Origin: Candidatus Bilamarchaeaceae archaeon
GTDB lineage: Archaea > Micrarchaeota > Micrarchaeia > Anstonellales > Bilamarchaeaceae
Assembly (NCBI GenBank): GCA_038870635.1
Contig: JAVZJR010000001.1
Coordinates: 227,601-291,600, forward strand
Direction of reading: 5' to 3'
Length of the DNA stretch: 64,000 nucleotides
Positions 57,381-64,000 of this stretch are shown piece by piece (within the stretch, counting starts at the first letter, position 1; each line of letters opens with the position of its first letter). The position numbers were made by a program, and so were the translations under genes. The notes under the pieces are model-generated. The model did no database searches. It was not told the DNA's origin and saw nothing but the letters and a program-made list of their open reading frames with translations.

Positions 57381-60300
57381 ATGATGGAGGAGCTGGAGAC
57401 TTATTTTTCAATGCTCAAAAACGAGCTTACGCGTGCGTATGGAGTTGCTACAGAAGCACGAAAAAAAGGATACGATCCACTTGATGATGTAGAAGTAAAA
57501 ATAGCCAAGGATATTGCCGCAAGAGTGGAGGGCATAGTTGGCCCCCCAAACATAGCAAAAGTGATAAGAGAGATGGAAGAAAAAGGACTTTCGCGTGAAG
57601 ACATAGCTTATGAAGTTGTAAAAAAAATAGCTGCTGGTGAAATAATAAAAGCAAGCCCAGAGTATCTGATAGAACAAGCAGTTAGAACAGGCGTAGGTAT
57701 AATAACAGAAGGTGTTTTAGTCGCTCCTACTGAAGGCATTTCAAAGGTTAAGATAAAGAAAAACCAGGATGGAAGCAGTTATGTGGCGGTTTATTACGCA
57801 GGACCGATAAGAAGTGCAGGGGGAACTGCCGCTGCTTTAAGTGTCTTGCTTGCTGACGTTGCGAGGAGGGTTGTAGGAGTAGGTGAGTATAGGGCGACAG
57901 AAACACAGATAGAGAGATATGTTGAAGAAGTTCTTGTATATGAAAACAGAGTATCGCATTTACAATACCTTCCTCCAGAAGAACATATAAGAATAATAAT
58001 AGCAAATTGCCCTGTTTGTATAGATGGCGATCCAACAGAAGATATAGAGGTATCTGCTTACAAAAATGTGCCAGGAATAGAAACCGACCGCATTAGAGGA
58101 GGGGTCCCTCTTGTTGTTTGTGAAGGGATAGCACAAAAAGCAGCAAAACTTTTGAAGTACACTAAAAAAATGAACCTTGATTGGCAGTGGTTAGAGAGTA
58201 TAATAAAAATAAAAGTAAAAAAGGAAAGTGTAGAAATAAAGCCAGATGAAACTTATCTTGAAGGGCTTGTAGCAGGGCGGCCGGTATTCGCATATCCTTC
58301 AAAACCAGGAGGCTTCAGGCTAAGGTATGGAAGAAGTGAAACAAATGGTTTAATGGGAAAAAACATTCACCCTGCAACCATGACTCTCTTAGATGATTTC
58401 CTAGCTTATGGCACACATATGAAAATAGAAAGGCCTGGCAAAGGTTGCATTGTTATGCCCCATGACAACATAGAACCGCCTGTAGTTTTATTATATAGTG
58501 GTGAAGTTAGAAAAGTAAAAAGTGTTGAAGAAGCAAAAGGACTTAAAAAACAGATAAAAGAAATTTTATTTTTAGGGGATATACTGATAACTTACGGCGA
58601 TTTCTTGAAATCAAACCACCCTCTTCTTCCTTCTGGTTATTGCAAAGAGATATGGGAAGCAGAAGTAAGAGAAGCAGGAATCGAACCGCCGCAAGCATTT
58701 AAAAGTACTGAAGAAGCGTTTTCATTTTCACGGATGTATAATCTTCCGCTCCATCCTGACTATACTCTCCCATGGCACGACATAACTTTAGAAGAATTAA
58801 AAGAACTAAAAGAGTGGCTAAAGGAGAAAAAAGAAAATGAAGGGAAGATGCTGCTTCCAAAAAGAGAAACAAAGAGAATCTTAGAAAAACTACTTGTAGA
58901 ACACAGAGTAATAGAAGACACAATAGTATTGAACGCACACTACGGAACAATATTAAACGAATGTTTAAAAGAAGAAGTACCAGAAGAAAAAAGCACATTA
59001 GATGCAGTAATAAAAATAAGCGGTGTAAAAATAAAACCATGGGCGCCAATTTATGTAGGCGCAAGAATGGGAAGGCCAGAAAAAGCAAAAGAAAGAGTGA
59101 TGGAAGGAAAACCAAATGTCTTATTTCCCACTGGTTCAGAGAAAAATAGAAGTTTGATGAAAGAAATAAAAAATACAAAGTTTACTAAAACATTAAATCT
59201 TGATCTTGCGCGTTATCGCTGCACAAATTGCAATCAATTAACGTTTTACAGAAAATGCCATATATGCAATGGTGACGCAAAAATAGAAACGATATGTCAA
59301 AAATGTGGCAAAATCGTTTCCGGTCCTATGCATTGTGGTGAGAAAACAGTTGAACACGATACGCGACCGATAGATATCCAAGCGCTTTTTGAAAATGTTA
59401 AACAGAAATTAGGTTTTGCACCAGATGATGTTAAAGGAGTAAAAGGACTAAGCAATGAGAGTAGAATACCAGAAAGATTAGAAAAAGGTTTTTTAAGAGC
59501 AAAACACGAAGTTTATGTTTTTAGGGATGGTACTTCAAGATTCGATGCCACCGATACACCCATAACACATTTCATACCTTCTGAAATAGGGCTTACTGTT
59601 GAGAAAGCAAAAGAGTTAGGATATACAAAAGATTACCTCGGAAATAAACTTGAAAGCGACAGACAACTGGTAGAACTTATGCAGCAGGACATAATACTCT
59701 CAAGAAATGGTTTAGAATACCTTTTCAGAGTGGCTAAATTTATAGATGAATTGTTAATCAATGTTTATGGATTGCCGCCATACTATAACTTACAAAAGCC
59801 GGAGGATTTAATTGGTCATCTTTGTGCTTCCCTCTCACCACACACTTCAGCGGCTGTACTTTGCAGGATAATAGGCTATACAGAAGCGAATGTAGGTTAT
59901 GGCCATCCTTACCTCATAACAGCAAGAAGAAGAAATTGCGATGGGGACGAAGACAGCGTTATGCTCCTCCTTGATTGCTTAATAAATTTTTCTAAAAGGT
60001 ATCTTAGTGAATCCAGAGGCGGAACTATGGATGCACCACTTGTTCTTACTACCATAGTAAACCCAAAAGAAGTTGATGACGAAGCCCATTGTATCGAACT
60101 AGTTTCTTCTTACCCATTGGAGTTTTATCGTGCCTGCGAAAAATTTGCCATGCCTGGTGATGTAAAAATAAGAACAGTAAAAGATGTGCTCGGAAGTGAA
60201 GCGCAATATCATTTATTGATAACACATCCCGGCACTCTTTTTAGCGGCGCAAACACAAAAACAACATATGTAAAACTAGAAAATATCCCAGAAAAGGTAA

Positions 60301-60680
60301 AAACAGAATTTAATCTTCACGACAAAATAAGGGCGGTTGATAAAAAAGATGCGGCAGAAAGATTAGTGCTCAGCCATTTTATACCAGATTTGTATGGAAA
60401 TCTAAGGGCATTTTCAAGACAAGATTTTCGTTGCTCTTCATGTAATTCAAAATATAGAAGAGTGCCACTCATTGGGAGGTGCCCCAAGTGCGGAGGAAAT
60501 CTTATCCTAAATATAAATAAAGGGGGCATCCAAAAGTATTTAGCGATAACAAAAGAAGTAATAGAAAAATATGGGCTGCCTGATTATTTAAAACAACGAA
60601 TCTCTTTAATAGAAAAGGAAATAGAAAATATATTTGAAGATGAAAAAGAAAAACAACTTGGACTCGGAGATTTTATATAG
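57381..60680 (+). CDS. polC: DNA polymerase D large subunit (DP2)
   Basis: YAGPIRSAGGTA, GGFRLRYGR, GARMGRPEKAKER, catalytic RRNCDGDEDS, Zn fingers, C-terminal PIP-like QLGLGDFI. No intein. Confidence 0.98.
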   Translation: MMEELETYFSMLKNELTRAYGVATEARKKGYDPLDDVEVKIAKDIAARVEGIVGPPNIAKVIREMEEKGLSREDIAYEVVKKIAAGEIIKASPEYLIEQAVRTGVGIITEGVLVAPTEGISKVKIKKNQDGSSYVAVYYAGPIRSAGGTAAALSVLLADVARRVVGVGEYRATETQIERYVEEVLVYENRVSHLQYLPPEEHIRIIIANCPVCIDGDPTEDIEVSAYKNVPGIETDRIRGGVPLVVCEGIAQKAAKLLKYTKKMNLDWQWLESIIKIKVKKESVEIKPDETYLEGLVAGRPVFAYPSKPGGFRLRYGRSETNGLMGKNIHPATMTLLDDFLAYGTHMKIERPGKGCIVMPHDNIEPPVVLLYSGEVRKVKSVEEAKGLKKQIKEILFLGDILITYGDFLKSNHPLLPSGYCKEIWEAEVREAGIEPPQAFKSTEEAFSFSRMYNLPLHPDYTLPWHDITLEELKELKEWLKEKKENEGKMLLPKRETKRILEKLLVEHRVIEDTIVLNAHYGTILNECLKEEVPEEKSTLDAVIKISGVKIKPWAPIYVGARMGRPEKAKERVMEGKPNVLFPTGSEKNRSLMKEIKNTKFTKTLNLDLARYRCTNCNQLTFYRKCHICNGDAKIETICQKCGKIVSGPMHCGEKTVEHDTRPIDIQALFENVKQKLGFAPDDVKGVKGLSNESRIPERLEKGFLRAKHEVYVFRDGTSRFDATDTPITHFIPSEIGLTVEKAKELGYTKDYLGNKLESDRQLVELMQQDIILSRNGLEYLFRVAKFIDELLINVYGLPPYYNLQKPEDLIGHLCASLSPHTSAAVLCRIIGYTEANVGYGHPYLITARRRNCDGDEDSVMLLLDCLINFSKRYLSESRGGTMDAPLVLTTIVNPKEVDDEAHCIELVSSYPLEFYRACEKFAMPGDVKIRTVKDVLGSEAQYHLLITHPGTLFSGANTKTTYVKLENIPEKVKTEFNLHDKIRAVDKKDAAERLVLSHFIPDLYGNLRAFSRQDFRCSSCNSKYRRVPLIGRCPKCGGNLILNINKGGIQKYLAITKEVIEKYGLPDYLKQRISLIEKEIENIFEDEKEKQLGLGDFI

Positions 60681-60742
60681 TGGTTTTATATAAAAAAAAT
60701 ATATTTAAATTAATGAGCGTACATAAATTAAAGCGGGAGTGT

Positions 60743-63700
60743 ATGGAAAATAACATAAAAACAATAATTTTAATGTTTTTTTTAATAGGTTTTTATAACT
60801 TAGTTTATTCTGTTTCTTACACTATTGTAGATCCCTGGGATGACCGGGTATGGTTGAATGGTTGGTACACAGCTGCAATCTGTTTAAATCAAAATGAGAA
60901 TTTGACCCCTTATGACCCAATTAAACCACCTGACCTGCCCAACGGAAGCATAATACATACAGTAGGTGATTTAAATAATTATATCTCCTATGGCGAAGAG
61001 GGAGTATACTACAATCGTCCATATGTATATTCTGAGAGATGTGATTGCACTACAGATGAAGAAGGGCATGAATCATGTTCTACCTGCTATTATTGCAGAA
61101 GCCAGAAGATGTATACAACAATAAGTAGTCTTGGGTTTACTGCTGGGGTATGGGAATTAGAAAAATACAATACAGCTCTCAATGCCCTGCCGTTTAAAAA
61201 ATGGAGTGAAAAGGAACTAATCGGTGACAACGCAGGTGTAAGCGCTCAACTAAAAAACGCAAACATTAGTTACAGTGAGGCACAGGCGCTCTACTTCGCA
61301 TGCAAAAATTCAGCAACTGGCAGAGCCAATAATTATTTAGCGAGCACATATGGAGACAGAAATGTGGAGAGAATAATAAGTTATGAAGATTATCTCGCAC
61401 TTATCGACCCCTCGCGCCCATCAATCCCAGGACACCCATGTAAAGTACAACAACCAAATGCAAATGGAGTCGCGTGCAAAAACTATCCTGTTAAATGGAA
61501 GGAAGCAACAAGAGGTTTGATGACTGCATTAACAAAAAGTTTAGAAGCCAGTGAAAAAAATATCGTTCTTTTGAAACAACAATACACACAACTGGAAAAT
61601 GCAGGATTGTGTGATGAAGATTATAATGAAAAGCCGAAAAGTGTATGTATAAAAGCGAAAGAAGCGCTATCTATAATAGACAGTGGTAAAAGAGAAGCAA
61701 CCTATGGCCAATTAGCGATAGCCATTGAAAAAAAGAGTGAGATTCAGAAAAAAGTATATTGTTTCCCACCACAATTTGATGATTACGATTCTACAATGAA
61801 TTATCTCTGGGGAGAGAATGGCTTTAACCCACGGGTGGTACAATTAAAAAATGAAAGTATGAATGCCTTTGTTGAAGGGAATAAAATATATTCTGATTAT
61901 ATTGCGACAGCGCTTGAACAGAAGAAAATAACAGATGAAAGAAAAATAGCAATTGCGGCAGAACATTTAGAATGGATAAAAGAGGCACCAACGCAAAATA
62001 TCCTTTCTGGAACAAAAGTTGGGACAATAGACGAAAGGTGGAGCGCGTGGCTAGTGCAAAAAAGTAACGCAGACAATTACCTTTCAGAAGCAACGCAAAA
62101 ATATACAAAAAAAGAGAGGGGATACTTAAAAGAAGCAACCATATCAGCAAAAAATGCTATAAAGAATTATAATGGTTTAGACGGCCAAGGAGAAAGTTTA
62201 AAGGCAGACGCAAAAGCAGTGGTTCAGGAAAAAGAAAAAGTTGTACAAAGTCTTCTCCAACAATTAGAAAGCTTCTACCAAAGAAGCAAAAATCAGCAGG
62301 TTTACTCTTACTATTTAAAAGCAAAGCAGGCAGCTGGTGAAGCGCAAAAAGCAGAAACGCTTGGTGAAAAATATAGAAAATATCTTAACGCTATCGATTA
62401 CGCAAGAACCGGACTAAATAATGGAATAATATTAGAAAACGAAAGTAGTGCCCTTCTAGCCCAAGTAGATGATCTCATTAAAAGAGCTGAAAAGGACAAT
62501 ATAAGTGTTGAAACAGAAAAAATATTAATAAAAAACGCACGTGAGAGCGGCACCCTTGATCCTGTTTTTCTAAGAGATGTTATAGAGAATATAATAGTAA
62601 AAGCAAGTATAAAATATGGTGAATTAACAGAAAGAAAAACAAGGTTGCTTTCCTACATAAATTTATCAAAGGAATGTGGACAGGATCTTAAAGGAGATAT
62701 AGAAAAAGCGGATAAAGGACTTGTAACTGAAAATGGTATAGATTACATAAATGGGGTTGGGCAACTTAAAAAGATAAGTGAAGAATACGATATAGTAGAA
62801 GGTGAATTACAAAAATGCAGAGAAAAAATAATTTTAAACAGCTTATACATAGATGCCAGACCATCTATTGGTTTAATAAACATAGATAAGCCGAGTACTT
62901 TCTCTATCTTCATCATTATAATGAATTTAAAAGATATAGAAGCTACTCACGTTTCGGTTCCTATTAATATAGGAGTGAATACTTCTATCTTTCTATCTGA
63001 TATAATAACAGGTAAAGAAAATGTGGAAGCAGTAAGAAATGATGGAAAAAATATTATCTTAACAATAAAAGAAATAAAACCACTCAAAACATTTTCACTA
63101 TCGATAGAAAAAAAGACCATACTCGCTAAAACACTAACAGATGAAACCACTGCGATAGGACGAGAAGATAGAAGCGCTGATGTAAAGGAAAGGAAAATAG
63201 TGGAATTTTATGCTGGTGGAATGATTGACCCGCAAGGAACAACAGTGGATGGAAGACATACGGTATTTGTTGAACCTGGAAAACATACTATTGAAAGAAC
63301 TTACAACCTAAAAAATGCTTATTCTAAAATTGAGCAAACAGAAACAAGTAAAATAGGCACCAATCTGCAAGTTAGAAAAACCATACAGATAAAACCAAAT
63401 ATTGATATTACAATACTACCTCTTCAAATAAAGGTAGACTATCAAAACATAAGCGGATTACAGATAACATCTAATAACGCAAAAATAGAAAGGAAAGAGT
63501 GTAGGCCAAACAGTTGTGATTTAGAACTGAAAAATTTACAGGCAAATAAAACAATTGTTGTCTACGTAGAGTATCTTATTTATGATAGTGCTCATGAAAT
63601 AAAAGACATAGTAATAGAAAAACCCTCAATAGAAAAATGCTTCGGTGGAGAGAAACAATGCGGCCAATTGCCAACAAACTTTGACCGCCTGCTGGCTGAG

Positions 63701-64000
63701 ATAAATGCAGCAACAGAAGCAAACGATACAGGGAGAGTAGTAGAATTAAAAGAAAAATTAAAAGATATGGTAAATGAATGGAAAATAGAACAAGAAAATG
63801 TATACAAAGAAAACAACGAACTAAAAACAAAGATGAAAACAGAGCTAGAGCAAATAGAAACAACTTTAAACAACATGAAAGAAGATAGCAAACTCGGTAA
63901 AGAATTGAAAGCAAGGGCAGAAGAAATAAGAAACATGCTTAAAGAAGCAGAAAATACACGAGATATAAAGCAAGAGAATGAAATCTTAAATAAAAAGGTT
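60743..64000 (+). CDS. large exported protein, partial (runs off the window end; not in the ORF track)
   Basis: ATG at 60743 after GGGAG. Signal peptide MENNIKTIILMFFLIGFYNLVYS. Frame was read open by hand for roughly the first half; the lack of any + strand call here fits no stop before 64000. Confidence 0.85.
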   Translation, partial: MENNIKTIILMFFLIGFYNLVYSVSYTIVDPWDDRVWLNGWYTAAICLNQNENLTPYDPIKPPDLPNGSIIHTVGDLNNYISYGEEGVYYNRPYVYSERCDCTTDEEGHESCSTCYYCRSQKMYTTISSLGFTAGVWELEKYNTALNALPFKKWSEKELIGDNAGVSAQLKNANISYSEAQALYFACKNSATGRANNYLASTYGDRNVERIISYEDYLALIDPSRPSIPGHPCKVQQPNANGVACKNYPVKWKEATRGLMTALTKSLEASEKNIVLLKQQYTQLENAGLCDEDYNEKPKSVCIKAKEALSIIDSGKREATYGQLAIAIEKKSEIQKKVYCFPPQFDDYDSTMNYLWGENGFNPRVVQLKNESMNAFVEGNKIYSDYIATALEQKKITDERKIAIAAEHLEWIKEAPTQNILSGTKVGTIDERWSAWLVQKSNADNYLSEATQKYTKKERGYLKEATISAKNAIKNYNGLDGQGESLKADAKAVVQEKEKVVQSLLQQLESFYQRSKNQQVYSYYLKAKQAAGEAQKAETLGEKYRKYLNAIDYARTGLNNGIILENESSALLAQVDDLIKRAEKDNISVETEKILIKNARESGTLDPVFLRDVIENIIVKASIKYGELTERKTRLLSYINLSKECGQDLKGDIEKADKGLVTENGIDYINGVGQLKKISEEYDIVEGELQKCREKIILNSLYIDARPSIGLINIDKPSTFSIFIIIMNLKDIEATHVSVPINIGVNTSIFLSDIITGKENVEAVRNDGKNIILTIKEIKPLKTFSLSIEKKTILAKTLTDETTAIGREDRSADVKERKIVEFYAGGMIDPQGTTVDGRHTVFVEPGKHTIERTYNLKNAYSKIEQTETSKIGTNLQVRKTIQIKPNIDITILPLQIKVDYQNISGLQITSNNAKIERKECRPNSCDLELKNLQANKTIVVYVEYLIYDSAHEIKDIVIEKPSIEKCFGGEKQCGQLPTNFDRLLAEINAATEANDTGRVVELKEKLKDMVNEWKIEQENVYKENNELKTKMKTELEQIETTLNNMKEDSKLGKELKARAEEIRNMLKEAENTRDIKQENEILNKKV

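Noticed and set aside
50176..60680. Inteins or inactivation in polB or polC
   Set aside because: Lengths are normal and the catalytic motifs are contiguous and intact.
1..64000. CRISPR array, rRNA or provirus
   Set aside because: No regularly spaced repeats, no long GC-rich structural RNA region and no recognisable viral hallmark genes were seen by eye.

Overview
This is an AT-rich, gene-dense archaeal chromosome segment. The gene set and style suggest DPANN, most likely Micrarchaeota-like (inference). (1) 1-7.9 kb: an operon of at least four paralogous multi-pass membrane proteins with CedA/VirB6-like motifs, followed by a 1507-aa Cys-rich exported protein. (2) 8-29 kb: housekeeping genes (map, GGR-family reductase, trpS, lemA, rad50, pcn, taw1, rpo4, rpl21e, tbp, rps26e, NAD kinase, cutA, XPD helicase) and two tRNAs, Gly(TCC) and Val(CAC). 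tRNA-Val carries a canonical intron plus a D-arm insertion. (3) 29-49 kb: a surface-glycan cluster with flippase, carbamoyltransferase, aminotransferase, acyltransferases, glycosyltransferases and a complete GDP-heptose pathway with Campylobacter-type modifying enzymes, plus a deletion-derived chimeric pseudogene. (4) 49-64 kb: ahcY, polB, a Janus/PHPT1-like protein, then a ~4.0-kb cargo transposon bounded by 25-bp imperfect terminal inverted repeats and a 9-bp target duplication. The element carries a decayed DDE transposase, a Zn-ribbon microprotein, an SPPY-type DNA methyltransferase, a wHTH regulator with a palindromic operator, and an unrecognised putative nuclease. After it come polC (DP2) and a large exported protein running off the window. 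All assignments are from motif recognition by eye; no database searches were run.
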